Shown here piece by piece: positions 12,021-25,504 of a stretch of 64,000 nucleotides of DNA. The stretch is from NCBI RefSeq assembly GCF_963921235.1, contig NC_086109.1:23686001-23750000 (forward strand), given 5' to 3'. The DNA comes from Mobula hypostoma (taxonomy: Eukaryota). A program made the position numbers and the translations under genes. Below the pieces are notes generated by a model, which was not told the origin of the DNA, did not search any database, and saw nothing but the letters and a program-made list of their open reading frames with translations. Every line of letters begins with the position of its first letter. Position 1 is the first letter of the stretch.

Positions 12021-13527
12021 AAATTGGAGAAAGTTATTTGAAATAACTGATCTGAATTATGTTACATTCTGCATAACTCTTGCCTCTATTGTTATACCCT
12101 GAATATAAATCTCCCATCTGTGTTATGCTCTGTGTAATCGTTGCATCCTTATAAATCCTTGGACACAATTATTATTTTGTATATAAATGCCACCAATACG
12201 TATTATTACAAGAAATGAGTAGCTGCTACAACTGGGTTCATTTGTCCCGATCAAAATGAAATATTCTAGTTATGTGCAGCCGATCTCATTATTCCTGAGT
12301 GTAGAGCAGCTCTGTACCAAGCATTGCCACTAATTAATCCTTCAGCACAATTAGACATTGTTGGAATCACAGCTGTGCACTATTAGTGTTGGCAAGTTTA
12401 CACACAGCCAGCCAATAACACCCATTACACACATAATTGGATGTTGAGATTTTTAACCTGGGGCGTCTGGTGTTGGCCTTCCCTAATTAGGCCTCAAATG
12501 TTTGCAAATGGATTAATCATCAATTTTGTCGGTGTAACTGAGCAGCTTTTGCTGCAGTTAAATTATTGTGGGTTTTGAGGTCAAGCTATGGGAACAAGAC
12601 CCTGAAATGAGTGGAATGAGATCAGGTGCAGGAAAAGTTGATTCACACCAAGCCCATTTTTATCCCAAAAGAGCTTTGCTTAATAATTGTTTACAACTGT
12701 TATTTATACCAACGGTCTCTGGACAGCTTTTCTTGGTGTCTCCATTTGTTTCTTCTCTGGGACTGCGGTGAACTTGACGTCTCTGTAGTCAGTTTGTCAT
12801 TTGCCTGTGAGTCAATATTCCGAGCATTCGTAGGCTTTACTTTTGATTTATTCACGGGGTATGGATGCTATTGGCAATGCTGACATTTGTTGTCCATCTC
12901 TAATTATTCCAGAATTCAGGAAGTTACTGTGTATGTGGGGCCCTGGAATCAAACTCAATGGTAATGATATTTCCGTTCCTGAAGTATATTAGTGAAACAG
13001 GTGTGCTTTTACAATGATCTAAGTACTTCCGAGGTTAGTAGCTTTTATCAAAAAAACACCCAAATTTTGCTACTTGCATTTAAATTTTCCATTTGTCTCG
13101 GTAGGAATCAAACTCATGTCTCTGGACTAATGGTCCCAGGAGATGGGTTTCCACTGCTGTATGCTCGCAATAGGGAGGGCCTCACACAGCCCATCCTCAT
13201 TCTATTCTTGCTCGACAAGCAGCTGCCTATCAGGAGTCATAAACATAAGAAAGTCTGCAGGGTGCTGGAGATCCAAAGCAACACACACAAAATGCTGGAG
13301 GAACTCAGCAGGCCAGGCAGCATCTATGGAGAAGAGTAAACAGTCAACATTTCTGGCTGAGACTCTTCTTCAGGACTGGAAAAAAAAAGATGAGAAGTTA
13401 GAGCAAGAAGGTGAGGAGAAGGGAGGAAGAAGTACAAGGTGGCAGGTGATAGGTGAAACCGGGGGGAGGGTGTGAAGTAAAGAGCTGGGAAGTTGGAGGT
13501 AAAGGGCCAGGGAAGGGGGAATCTGAT

Positions 13528-13656
13528 AGACAAGAGGTGCAGGAGCAGGCCATTCGCCCCTTTGAGCCAGCACCGCCATTCACTGTGATCATGGCTGATC
13601 ATCCACAATCAGTACCCTGTTCCTGCCTTCTCCCCATATCCCTTGACTCCACTATC
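13528..13656 (-). mobile_element. CR1 extreme 3' fragment inserted in Penelope 3' UTR
   Basis: Reverse complement of the CR1 3' UTR (GATCAGCCATGATC...GAATGGCCTGCTCCTGCACC) seen at 57517-57580. Confidence 0.85.
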
Positions 13657-15300
13657 ATTATAGAAGAGGACAGAAGACCATGGAAGAAAGGGAAGGGGGA
13701 GGAGCACCAGAGGGCGGTGTTAGGCAGATAAGGACAGAAAGTGTGAAAGGGAAACAAGAATGGGGAATGGTGAAGGAAATGGAGGGAGGCTATTATTGGA
13801 AGTTTGAGAAATCAATGTTCATGCCATCAGGTTGGAGGCCACCCAAATGGAATATAAGGTGTTGCTCCTCCAACCTGACTGTGGCCTCACCGTGGCAGTG
13901 GAGGAGGCTGTGGACTGACAAGTTGGAATGGAAATGGGTGGCCTCCGGGAAAGCCTGCTTTTCTGGCGGATGGAGCGTAGGTGCTCGGCAAAACAGTCTC
14001 TCACTCTACGTTGGGTTTCATTAATATACAGGAGGCCACATCAGGAGCAACAGATACAGTAGATGATCCAAATAGACTTGCAGGTAAAGGGTCACCTCCC
14101 CTGGAAGGACTATTTGGGGCCCAGAATGGTACTGAGGGAGGAGGTGCAGGGGCAGGTGTGGCACTTGTTCTGCTTGGAAGGTTAAGTACCAATAGGGAGA
14201 TCAGAGGGGAGGGACGAGTGGATAAGACAGTTCTTTGGAATGATCCCTGTGGAAAGTGGAGAGTTGGGGGTGAGGGAAAGATGTGCTTGGTGGTGGGATC
14301 TCATTGGAGATGGTTGGAAGTTACAGAGCATTATGTGCTGGACACAGAATAATGGAGTGGTAGGTGAGGACAAACGCTGGTGTAGAGGCGGGAGGATGGG
14401 TGAAAGCAGGTGTGTGCAAAATGGAAGAGATGCAGGTGAGGGCAGCTTTGACGGTGGAGGAAGGGAAGCTTCTTTCTTTGAAGAAGGGAGACATCTCAAT
14501 TGTCCTGGAATGAAAAGCCTCATTCCTGAGAGCAGATGCAGTGGAGACAGAGGAATTGAGAGAAGTCCATAGACTGTCTCCAGAGATGGAGACAGAGATA
14601 TTGAGAAAGGGGTGGGGAGGAAGATGTTGGAAATGGACCAGATAAATTTGAGGGCAGGGTGGAAGTCAGAGGCAAGGTTGATGAAGTTGACAAACTCATT
14701 ATGTGTGCAGAAAGCAGCATCAAAGCGGTCAGCAAGGTAGCATAGGAAGAGTTGGATAGTGATGCTGGTGTAGACTTGGAACATGGACTTTTCTACATAG
14801 TCGACAAAAAGGCAGGCATGGCTGGGACCCATGTGAGTGCCCATGGTTACACCTTCGGTTTGAAGGAAATTGGAGGACCCAAAGGAGAAATTGTTGAGGT
14901 TAAGTTCTCTCAGACAGAGGAGAGTGGTGGTGGAGGGGAACTGGTTGGGTCTGCTGTCCAGAAAGAAGTGGAGAACTTTAAGGCCTTCCTGAAGGGGGAT
15001 AGAATTGTATAAGGACTGGCCATCCATAGTGAAAATGACCTGATCAGGGCCAGAGAACTTAAAGTCATTGAAAAGATCAAGAGCAGGTGAAGTGTCATGG
15101 ATGTACAGTAGGTAGAAAGGGACTGAACCAGGGGGGATTAAAAAAAGAATTGAAGTATGTAGACACAAGTTCAGTGGGGCAGGAGCAGGCAGAAACAATG
15201 GGTGTCCCTGGATATCAGTTTGTGGATCTTGTACAGGAAGTAGAAATAGGAGGTGTAGAGTAAGTGAACTATGAGGTTGGTGAGAGTGGATGGGAGATCC

Positions 15301-15985
15301 CATAAGACCATAAGACATAGGAGCTCCTCATATTTAACCCTTTAATTCCAGGAATCATCCTCATGAACCTCCTCTGGATTCTCTCCAAGGACAACCCATT
15401 CTTTTTGAGATGTGGGGCCCAAAACTATTGACAGTACTCCAAGTGCGGCCTGACTAGTGTCTTGTAAAGCCTCAGCATTATCTCCTTGCTTTTATATGCT
15501 ATTCCCCTTGAAATAAATGCCAACATTGCATTTGCCTTCTTTACCACAGACTCAGCCTCTAAATTAACCTTCTGGGAGTCTTGCACGCAGACTCCTAAGT
15601 CCCTCTGATGTTTGAAACGTCTCACCATTCAGATAATAGTCTGCAGTATTGTTCCTGTCATCCAAATGCATTATTGTACATTTCCCAACACTGTATTCCA
15701 GCTGTCACTTTTTTGCCCATTCTTCCTATTTGTCTAAGTCCTGCTGCAATTGCATTGCTTCCTCAGCGCTACCTACCCCTCCACCTGTCTTTGTATCATC
15801 CAGAAACTTTGCCACAAAGCCATCAGTTCCATTATCTAAATCACTGACAATGTGAAAAGCAGCCGTCCCAATACTGACCCCTGAGGAACACCAGAAGTCA
15901 CTGGCATCCAGCCAGAAAGGGCCCCCTTTATTCCCACTCACTGCCTCCTGCCTGTCAGCCATTCCACTGTCCATGCCAGTATCAT
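15301..15985 (-). mobile_element. CR1 fragment (internally deleted) inserted in Penelope ORF
   Basis: QRDLGVCVQDSQKV..VVKKANAMLAFISRG..LYKTLVRPHLEYC; DGFVAKFLDDTK; (TCTTATGG)n tail at 15301; ATCCC on both flanks. Confidence 0.9.
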
Positions 15986-17495
15986 CCCCAGAGTCGATGC
16001 AGTTGATGATGGTGTGAGAGACAACGGCCTGGTGTTCCTTAGTGGGGTCATGTTCAAGAGTTAAGCAAAATGTGGTGTCTGAGAGTTGCTGTCTGGCTTC
16101 AGCAAGGTAGAGCTCAGTCTGCCAGACTACTACAGCACTCCCCTTATCTGCGAGTTTGATAGTGAAGTTGGGATTAGAGCGGAGAGAGAGGACAACAGCG
16201 CATTCAAAGGGAGTGAGGTTAGAATTGGAGAGAGGAGTGTTAAAGTTGAGACGGTTGATGTCTCATCTGCAGTTAACGATAAAAAGATCCCGAACAGGCA
16301 GAAGACGGAACAGGGTAACCAGGAAGAGGAGGAGGGTTAAACATGGGAGAAGGGGTCATTGGTGTGGGCCGGAAAGTCCTTGCCAAAAAAACCAGGCACG
16401 GAGAAGAAGAGCTCGGCGTCATGGTAGGCACGGAACTCAGTGGGGTACGGGTGCAGGGAGACAAAGGTGAGGGCCTTAGTGAGGACAGAATGTTCTGCCC
16501 CAGAGAGGGGAAGGTCGCAGGGAATTGTGAAGAATGGCATGGATGAGAGCTGGGATCAGAGGGGGGAAGAGTGTTGGCAGTGTCTGAGGAGGGAGGAGGG
16601 TTGGGAGAAGGTGGGGTGGGAGGAATATGAAGGCACTGAGGACCCAAGAGCTGACAGTGGGGCCTGAGAGACACGGGACTGCAGAGTGGTGGTGGGGGAA
16701 GGGGAGGCAGGGGTTCCAGTGGCAGCGTGTAAAGTTTCGGCCTGGAGGTGCTGTCGGTCAAGGTCAAGGCAGGAGTGGGAGCTAGTGGTCGCACAATTAG
16801 TAGTTTGAAGGTGGCTGGGATCATTGGAACTGCAATTGACAGTGGTTGAATCTGCGTTCTGAATCCTCTTGGGATTGTTGGAACTGGTGCTGGCGATGGT
16901 AATGTCTCTGGTACGGAGATGCTCAGAGCTATCGGGGCTGGGACAGGTGACATTATGCAGGCATCCAGCACTGGAATTTAAGCTGGTTTCTTCAGTCCAG
17001 AGAAAGGGGAGATGTTGCAGCAAAGGTCTGGGGGAGATTTTTATCCAGGTTGTTCATTTGACCCTTGATGATAAAAAATGTTGCTGCTGTCTTTCAGAGA
17101 ATCCAGGTAAAGCACTGCATGAAATGCTCAGGAGCTGCATGGGTTATCTATCCATTGCTCTGAACACATCACTCTAGCTCCTTGAGGACTCTGTAACCCC
17201 ATGCTCTTGTGTTTCTTTGGTTTGATTGGCATCCATGTTTTCAACCTCCTTGATTCTGAACTCTGAAATTACCTCGTGTTGTTTCTTTACAGCACTCCTT
17301 AAAACCTAGTTTTTTGAAGAATGTATAATAACTCACTTTGCAACGTGAAATCAATGGCTCTATTATGAAGATGTTACATGACACTAAAGACATAAATAAA
17401 ATTTGCGGCTGATGTGCCTTGGCTTTAAACTTAGTCCAATGACCCAATCATGACGACAATTTCTGACATTAAAGCTATAAATGCTATTTACATAC

Positions 17496-17563
17496 CTTGA
17501 CTACTGGGAATGGTAGGGATGCTGTGTTACTGGATCGCATCTCTGCAACCTGGTGGGCATTTT
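17496..17563 (-). CDS. Candidate 68-nt host exon (only open frame xNAHQVAEMRSSNTASLPFPVVK)
   Basis: Unique sequence; minus strand gttcactttgcag|AAAATG...GTCAAG|gtatgt; one of three frames open; protein not recognised. Confidence 0.3.
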
Positions 17564-18277
17564 CTGCAAAGTGAACTTTTATTACTCACAGCAATTGGAA
17601 TCGGTATGTTAAAGCAAGCTTTTTATTTCCAGTTTAAAATTAAAATGCAGGTTACCACACCTACTGCATATTGGGTAGCGTGAAGCACTGGAGACCAGAT
17701 TCAAAGTGACCACCAGAATGCGAGCTGGAGAATAAATGAGATAGCTCATTAGTAACTAATGGTTTTAAAGAACCATCTAAATAAAAAAAAGCTTAAAACA
17801 CAAATTGTTGAGGGAGGGTCTACTTGTCAATTTGTTAAAGTTGGAATGATTTTAATTCTGGTGTAGAGCTCGTTCAGCCTCTCCCCTTGCACATCGAACA
17901 GGCTGATTCACCAACACAATGGCTGGGAAATTATTATCAGCATGCGGCTATTGTTCTCCAGTCACTGGGCTGTCCAAACAAAGCAGTCGTTCTGCAGACG
18001 CACGTTTTGAAAAGCAGTTGGAGGATGAGAGTAAATAGCACATTTTAGGCACTGAAAACAGGCAGGTTTTGATTCCAACAGACTGTCATCTGCTAGCTCC
18101 ATCTCCACCTTGTGTTCAGTGTAGAAGTGGAACTGTTCTGACCTGGTGATTTCGGGTAATTTCTCACACCCATCGTCCCTTGAAGTTGCTGTAACAAAGC
18201 TGACCCTTTGCTAGTTAGTTGGATACATGAAGCCATGATATGATTAAGGAAAGGACTAGGTTTGTCCTATGTTGTAA

Positions 18278-18943
18278 GGATCTGTCCTGGGACCAGCATG
18301 TAAGTGCATTCACAAAGAGGGCACAACAGTGCTTCTACATTCTCAGAAGTTCGCGTAGATTTGGCTTGTCACCAAAAACTTTGACAAGCTTCGAGAGATG
18401 CAGAGTGGAGGGTATCCTGACTGGTTACATCACAGCCTGGTATGGAAACACCAGTGCCAAGGAACGAGAGAGTCAACAGAAATTGGAGGTTACAGCCCAG
18501 TCCATTGTAGGCAAAATCCTCCCCACCATTAAGCAGACTTAAATGGAATGTTGCCTCAAATAAAGCAGTATCCATCCATCATCCAGTCCAAGCTTTCTTC
18601 TCATCAGGCAGGATGTACAAATCCCTTAGGTCCCACGCCACCAGGTTCAGAAACAGTTACAACCATCAGGCTCTTGAGCTGGCATGGATAATTTCATTCA
18701 TCACAGTTCTGAACTGATTCTACAATCTCAAAGACTCTTTCAAAGTCAAGTTCTTTGTATTAATTTTGTTTGCACAATTTGTCTTCTTTTGCATATTAGC
18801 TATTTGTTAGATGTTGTTTAACTGTTATTTATTATTTCATAAATACTATGTTATTTATTTTCCAGTAAATGCCTGTAAGAAAATGTATCTCAAGGCAGTA
18901 TATGAAAACATATATATACTTTGATAATAAATCTTACTTTGAC
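18278..18943 (+). mobile_element. Rex1/Babar LINE 3' fragment
   Basis: DLSWDQHVSAFTKRAQQCFYILRSSRRFGLSPKTLTSFERCRVEGILTGYITAWYGN; 3' UTR ending TTTGATAATAAATCTTACTTTGAC. Confidence 0.9.
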
Positions 18944-18944
18944 A

Positions 18945-21900
18945 GGCTACCTGGCCAGGATACCATTTTTCCTGACTAGGCACTGGAAGAATTGTGGGAT
19001 CGTGGCTGGAAACTCGATGAACTTTGGCTCATAAGGGAAACTGAGGAGATGAGGGAAGTAGTCACCCCTAAGTTGCAGGAGACAGCCGAATGTGTGACTT
19101 TCAGGAGAGGGAAGGGGAATAGTCAGCTGGTACAGGATACTCTTGTGGTCATTTCCCCCAAATAACAAGTATACCATTATGGTTACTGTTGCAGGGTGGG
19201 GGGCAACCTACCGGGGTGGGGTGTCACAGCGACTGGGCTCTGGCAGAGGAAGCATGCAGTGGTGATATGAGATCCCATAGTTAGAGGAGTAGAAAAGAGG
19301 GTCTGTGGATGCGATAGAGAGACCCAGATAGTGTGTTGCCTCCCAGGCATCAGAGACAAGGACATCTCAGATTGTGTTCATGGCATTCTAAAGAGGGAGG
19401 GGAGCAGCCAAGTTTCTTGGTACATGTTGGTACCAGTGACATAGGAATGAAAAGAGAGGGAATTTAGAGAGCTAGGTAGAAAGGTGAGAAGTAGGACCTC
19501 CAGGGTAACAATCTCTCGATTGCTGTTTGTGCCATGTGCCAGTGAGGGAAAGAATAGGATAATTTGGCAGATGAAAACGAAGCTGAGAAATGGTGCTGGA
19601 GGCAGAGTTTCAGATTTATGGATTACTGGGATCTCTTCTGAGAAGGTATGACCTGCACAGCAGGGACAGGCTACACCTGACCCTAAGGGAGATGAAAATC
19701 CTTGTGGGCAAGTTTACGAGAGCTGTTGGGGAGGGTTTAATCTAATTTGACTGAGGGATCGGAGCTGGAGTGATAGGGCCAAGGAAAGGGATGTTGGTTT
19801 ACCAGCAGAGGTAGTGTATAGTAAGACCGTTGGGAAGGACAGGCAAATAGTAGGGCAAAATTGCAGTCAGTGGGATGAGTTGCAGTGTAAAAGGGGGACA
19901 AAATTGAAAAGGGTGACAAATACAAGACTGAAAGTGTTATACTTGAAAGCACGCAGATAGAAGATCCTGTAACACATTTTGAGATTGGCAGGTGTAACTT
20001 TGTTGGTACCACTGAGTCAGGGTTGAAAGACGATTGTAGCTGGGAGTCTAATATCCCAAGGATGATACGTGACCTATCAAAAGGACAGACAGGTAGGCAG
20101 AGGAGGAGCAGTGGCTCTGCTGGTTAAAAAAAAAATAAAAGTAATCTTTAGAAAGAGGTGACATAGAATCAGAAAATGTAGAATCCTTATAGGTCGAGTT
20201 AAGAAACTGGAAGGGTAAGAAGACCCTGATGGGAAGTATCTACACACCTCCAAACAGTAGCCAGGATGTGGTCTACAAATTACAGCAGGAGATAGAAAAA
20301 GCATGTCAAAATGCAATGTTACATTAGTCATGGGGGATTTCAATACACAAATAGATTGTGAAAATCAAGTTGATGCTAGATCCCAAGAGAGAGAATTTGT
20401 GGAATGACTCCGAGATGGCTTTTTGGAGAAGCTTGTGGTTGAGTTCACTAGGGGATCAGCAATTCTGGGTTGGGTGTTGTGTAATGGACCAGATATGATT
20501 TGGTAGCTTAAAATAAAGGGACCCTTAGGAAACAGTGTTCAGGATATGATAGAATTCATCCTGCAGTTTGAGGAAGGGGGAAGCTAATGTCAGATGTACC
20601 AGTACTACATTGGAGAAAAGAGAGGCATGAGAGGGGAGCTGGCCAAAGTTTATCGAAAGGGGACACTAGCAGGGATGACAGCACAGCAGCAATGGCTGGA
20701 GATTCTGGGAGCAATTCAGAAGGAGTAGAATAGATACATCCCAAAGAAGAGGAGGTATTCTAAAGGCAGGATGATGCAACTAAGGCTGACAAGGGAAGTC
20801 AAAGCCAACATAAAAGCAAAAGAAAGGGCATATTATAGAACAAAAATTAGTGGGAAGTTGGAGGATTAGGAAATTTTAAAAACCAACAGAGGGCGACTAA
20901 GAAAAAACATAAGGAGAGAAAAGATGAAATATGAAGTTAGGCTACACAAAAATATTAAAAAATATATACCAAAAGAGTTTTTTTCAGGTATATAATAAGG
21001 TAAAAAAGGAGGCAAAAGTAGATATTACACCACTAAAAAACAATGCTGCAGAGATAGTAACAGGGGAACAAATAAATGGCAGACAAACTGAATATGTATT
21101 TTGTATTGGTGCTCACTGTATGCTGGAAGTTCGAGTGTCAAGAGGCAGGAGTGAGTGCAGTTGCTATTACTAGGGAGATGATGCCTTCAAAACTGCAACG
21201 TCTGAAGGTAGATAAGTCAACTGGATCTGGTGGAGTACGCCCCAGGGTTCTAAAAGTTGTAGCTGAAGAGATTGCGGAGACATTAGTACTGATCATTGAA
21301 GAATCAATAGATTTAGGCATGGTTCTGTAGGGCTGGAAAATTGCAAATGTTACTCCACTCTCAAGAAGGCAGAAGAAGGGAAATTATAGGAGAGTTACCC
21401 TGATCTCAGTGGCTGGGAAGATGTTGGAGTTGATAGTTAAGGATGTGGTTTCAGGGAACTTGGAGGCATATGACAAAATAGCTCAAAGTCAGCATGGTTT
21501 CCTTAAGGGAAAACCCTACCTGACAAATCTGTTGGAATTCTTTGAAGAATTAACAAGCAAAATAGATAAAGGAGAATCAATGAAAGTTGTGTACTTGAAT
21601 TTCAGAAAGCTTTTGACAAAGTGCTGCATATGAGACTGCTAAACAAGATGAGAGCCCAGGGTATTACAGGAAAGATACTAGCATGGAAAGAGCATTGGCT
21701 GACTGGCAGGAGACAAAGAGTGGGAATAAATGGATCTGTTTTGGATTGGCTGCCAGTGACTAGTTGTGTTCCACAGAGGTCGGTGTCAGGACTGATTCCT
21801 TTTTCCTAATATATCAGTGATTTGGATGATGAAATTGATGGCGTTGTGGCTGGGTTTGCAGATGATACTAAGGTAGGTGGAAGAGGAGGTAGTGTTGAGG

Positions 21901-22720
21901 ATGCAGAGAGGTTGAGAAGGACTTAGGAGAATGGGCAAAGAGGTAGCAGATGGAATACAATGTCTAGACTATTTTTTAAATGAGGAGAAAATTCAAAACT
22001 ACGAGGCGCAAAGGGATTTGGGGGTCCTCATGCAGGATTCCCTAAAGGTTCATTTGCAGGTTGAACCAGTGGTGAGGAAGGCTAATGCAATGTTAGCATT
22101 CATTTCGAGAAGACAAGAATATAAAATCAAGGATGTAATCCTGATGTTGTATAAGGCTCTGGTCAGACCTCACTTGGAGTATTGTGAGCATTTTTGGGCC
22201 CCTTATTTCAGAAAGGATGTGCTCACATTGGAGAGATTTCAGAGAACATTCAGGAGATTGATTCTAGGAATGAAAGGTTTATTATATGCGTGGCTCTGGA
22301 CCTGTATTTGCTGGAATTTGGAAGAATGAAGGGGGAATCTCAAATTTAATCTATTGAATGTTAAAAGGCCTTGATAGGGTGGATATGAAGAGCATGATTC
22401 CTTGGGTGGGGGAGTCTAGGACCAGAGGGAACAGCCTCAAAATAGTGGGACGTCCATTTAGAAGAGAGATGAGGAGGAATTACTTTAGTGAGTGGCTGGT
22501 GAATCTGTGGAATTCATTGCCACATGCTGCTGTGGAGGCCAGGTCACTGAGTGTATTTAAGTCAGATGTTGATAGGTTCTTGATTAGTCAGGGTGTGAGA
22601 GATTATGAGGAGAAGGCAGGAGAATGGGGTTGTGAGGAAAATGGATCAGCCATGATGAAATGCTGGAGCAGAATCAATGGGCAGAATGGCCTAATTCTGC
22701 TCCTGTCTTGTGGTCTTATC
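18945..22720 (+). mobile_element. Near full-length CR1 LINE (ORF1 esterase, APE, RT), degenerate
   Basis: VCCLPG, VHVGTSD, DRLHL esterase remnants; APE LVMGDFN; RT SQHGFLKGKPYLTNLLEFFEE, GFADDTKVG, VVRKANAMLAFISR, LVNLWNSLP; CR1 3' UTR. Confidence 0.95.
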
Positions 22721-22821
22721 AATCCTGAGACAAGACCCAGTGCAATTATAACAGTAGACCAGTGGAGTCTGCCTCCATATGAAGCTCAGTGCAGTACACA
22801 GAGTCCCCTCGGCATCCGGAG

Positions 22822-23010
22822 ACACAAGAGACAGCAGGCGCTGAAACCTCGCACAGCAATAAGCTGGAGGGACTCAGTGGGTCCAGCTGCATCTGTGGGA
22901 GGAAAAGAACTGTTGAGATTTCTGATCGAAATCCTGCAGCAGTCCTGGTGTGGGGTTGTGATCTGAATACCCGACAATTCATTTTCTCTCACAGTTTCTG
23001 CTCAACCCCC
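22822..23010 (-). repeat. Old, diverged palindromic pLTR element
   Basis: 22878-22941 is an imperfect reverse complement of 22943-23010; the long arm is homologous to the pLTR family. Confidence 0.55.
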
Positions 23011-23575
23011 TTTTAGGAAAAATAACTTCATATCTACAGCTCTTTGTGAGAAGAAGAACTCCCTGATTACCTTGATCGTCTATGGTTGAAGTGCTTGTTA
23101 TAGGGACCCAAAATATATTAACAGGTTATATATTATTGTAATAAATTAATAGAATGGGCTCATACTATAATTTTTTTAAAGATCAGCCTTTAGAAATTAT
23201 ATAAGAAATTATACTGAAACATTTTCACTGCTGCCCAGGAATCCAGAATTTAATTTCCTTTGGCATTGTGTACATCTTTGGCCCAGACTGTTGCTTCAAG
23301 GTCATAAAGGAGGTTTTTTATTTCAGATTCAACTTGTGTGGGGCTGGCTGGTGCATGCTTGAAATGAGGTGGGCTTGCCAACAGAGCACCGGCTTCTCAG
23401 CCCAATCTCACGCTGTGCTTGGTCAGGGCTCTGTTCCTTCCCTACGCCTCCAATTTTAACCCTAGCAAGTCTGAGGGTGGCAAATGCATTCAGCTTCTGT
23501 ATATGACTAGTACAAAAACACAGAGCTTTTATCAGCTCATTGTTTTAAAGGCAGGTATGCTGCCATTCCATGGTT

Positions 23576-23960
23576 TAGAAACATAGAAATCTACAGCACA
23601 TTACAGGCCCTTCGGCCCACAATGTTGTGCCAACCATGTAACCTACTCTAGAAATTGTCAAGAATTTCCCGAACACATAGCCCTCTATTTTTCTAAGCTC
23701 CGTGTACCTAAGAGTCTCTTGAAAGACCCTGTTGTATCCGCCTCCACCACCGTCACTGGCAGTGCATTCCACGCACCCACCACTCTCTGTGTGAAAATCT
23801 TACCTCTGACATCCCCCTTGTACCTACTTCCAAGCACCTTAAAACTATGCCTCCTCGGGTTAGCCATTTCAGCCCTGGGAAAAAGCCTCTGGCTATCCAC
23901 ACTACCAATGCCTCTCAGCATCTTATAAACCTCTATCAGGCCACCTCTCCTCCTCCGTCA
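23576..23960 (-). mobile_element. CR1 3' fragment
   Basis: MLRGIGSVDSQRLFPRAEMAN.RRHSFKVLG..FTQRVVGAWNALP; TTTCTATG tail. Confidence 0.92.
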
Positions 23961-24109
23961 CTTACGATGTGCATATGATAAATAAATCTGGATCTGATCA
24001 TGAATCTCAACCTTTCTTTCCTTTCAGGTTCAGGATATCTGTGAGGAAGGAAAAACATGCAAATCTGCCACATCCTTAACAACCTGAAGTTAACCCCATA
24101 TACTTTTAG

Positions 24110-24210
24110 CAGCTAACTTGAACTGATGCAATGCTGCTAACATTGCAGCCAATTTGCAAACAGCAACCTCCCACAAACAACGACGTGATAATAATCAGGT
24201 TTATCAGTAT
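24110..24210 (-). repeat. Deu-domain SINE core
   Basis: Minus strand ATTATCACGTCGTTGTTTGTGGGAGGTTGCTGTTTGCAAATTGGCTGC matches a recalled AmnSINE1/SacSINE1 Deu core. Confidence 0.65.
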
Positions 24211-24409
24211 TTTCATGCTCGGAATGGTGTGTTTCAGATGCTGAACCCGGAATGCTGAATTCAGAGAGGGGATAGTGCATGCAGCACAGTCCATCATACG
24301 TCAAACAAAATTGATAAAAATGCTCCATTTAATAACCATAAACCGGCCAGGCTAATACTGATAGTGCAAAAGCTTCTAGGGGCCAGAAAATTTGATTCAA
24401 ATCAATGCA

Positions 24410-24960
24410 TCGCCCTGGAAGACAAAGGATTAATTAAGAACAGCCAGAGCAGATTTAAATACAGCAAGTCACGTATGACAAATTCAATAGAATTCTTTCA
24501 GGAAACAATGCAGTGAATTGTGAAAATGAAATGCAGTGGGTGTTTATGTCTGGATTTTCTAAAGGCATTTGATAAGGTGCTGCATAGGAGACTTGCTCAT
24601 AAAATGTCGGGATATGGCATTAAAAGGGAGTGTGACAGCAGAGACCGCAAATTGGCTAAGTGAGTGAAAACACAGAGTAAATCTATTTTCCACTTGGAGT
24701 TTAGTGAATGATGGCATGCCAGGCAGCAGTATTGACACAACTGCTACCATAATTACATTAAAATATCCAATTGTTCAATTGCAAAACTGTTCAATTTTTT
24801 TGATGATTCGATAGAAGGAAGGGTAATACACTGAGAGGATTCAACCGTAACTCCAGAGTGGACACAGATCTGATCAAAAATGGCAGATAATATTCAATAT
24901 AGAGAAATGTGAAGACATAATGTTCCAGAAGCAAAATAAGAAAAAAATGCATAGTAAACA
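24410..24960 (+). mobile_element. Very old CR1 RT fragment
   Basis: Remnants LIKNSQSRF..SKSRMTNSIEFFQE and YLDF.KAFDKV.HRRL. Confidence 0.7.
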
Positions 24961-25504
24961 GTAAAAAGCTTAGAATGTTAGGGGTATTTATATTTTTGTG
25001 ATTATTATTTTGATTGAGAAAGGGACAGACATAAAATCCAGAACAATAATGTGAAATTATGGATCAGGCTGGAATGGTGGTACAGCTTTTCCTCAAGACT
25101 CACTTCATGGAACATAGGAACATACAAAACTGAAGATGAAAAGGCTAGGCTATCCCTCGGACCTGCCCAATGTGCTGTCATTGAAATATGTCGTCAATTT
25201 ACTGTCAGTTTCAAAAGTCAAGTAGATTTGAGAAAGGGAGAAAGTTATAATTTAAGAAAGCACACTTAGGAAGATAAATTTTATGTGAACTTACTACATT
25301 CTTGCACAAGGTAGGACCACATTGAAGGCAGCATAGATTACAGAATTGTAACTTAAATCATGCTGAATTAGTATAGGATTTTCTCGTTGTGATTTCCCTT
25401 GGAGCTGGAGGGACGAAAAGGCATTGCATTAAGCGTAGTATGGAGTGTAAAGAGTTCGTGATAATAACATGACACTAGATTGATGGTTCAAATTCTTCTC
25501 CAGA

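Larger units (their letters stand above)
13240..17160 (-). mobile_element. Near full-length Penelope-like (Neptune-type) retroelement, degenerate
   Basis: Minus strand: Pro/Ser-rich N-terminal region, CDLPLSGAEHSVLTKALTF, RT (FTMDGQSLYNSIP..EGL; NNFSFGSSNFLQTEGVTMGTHMGPSHACLFV), GIY-YIG remnant (RDCFAEHLRSI, 13800-14100), pyrimidine-rich UTR, and pLTR 13240-13380 with a degenerate hammerhead (13341-13378); interrupted by two CR1 pieces. Confidence 0.92.

Noticed and set aside
16273..16971. Proline-rich 232-aa host protein
   Set aside because: Colinear with and inside the minus-strand Penelope element's N-terminal region.
24028..24090. Plus-strand exon after a polypyrimidine tract
   Set aside because: Good acceptor, but no consensus donor and stops in the likely frames.
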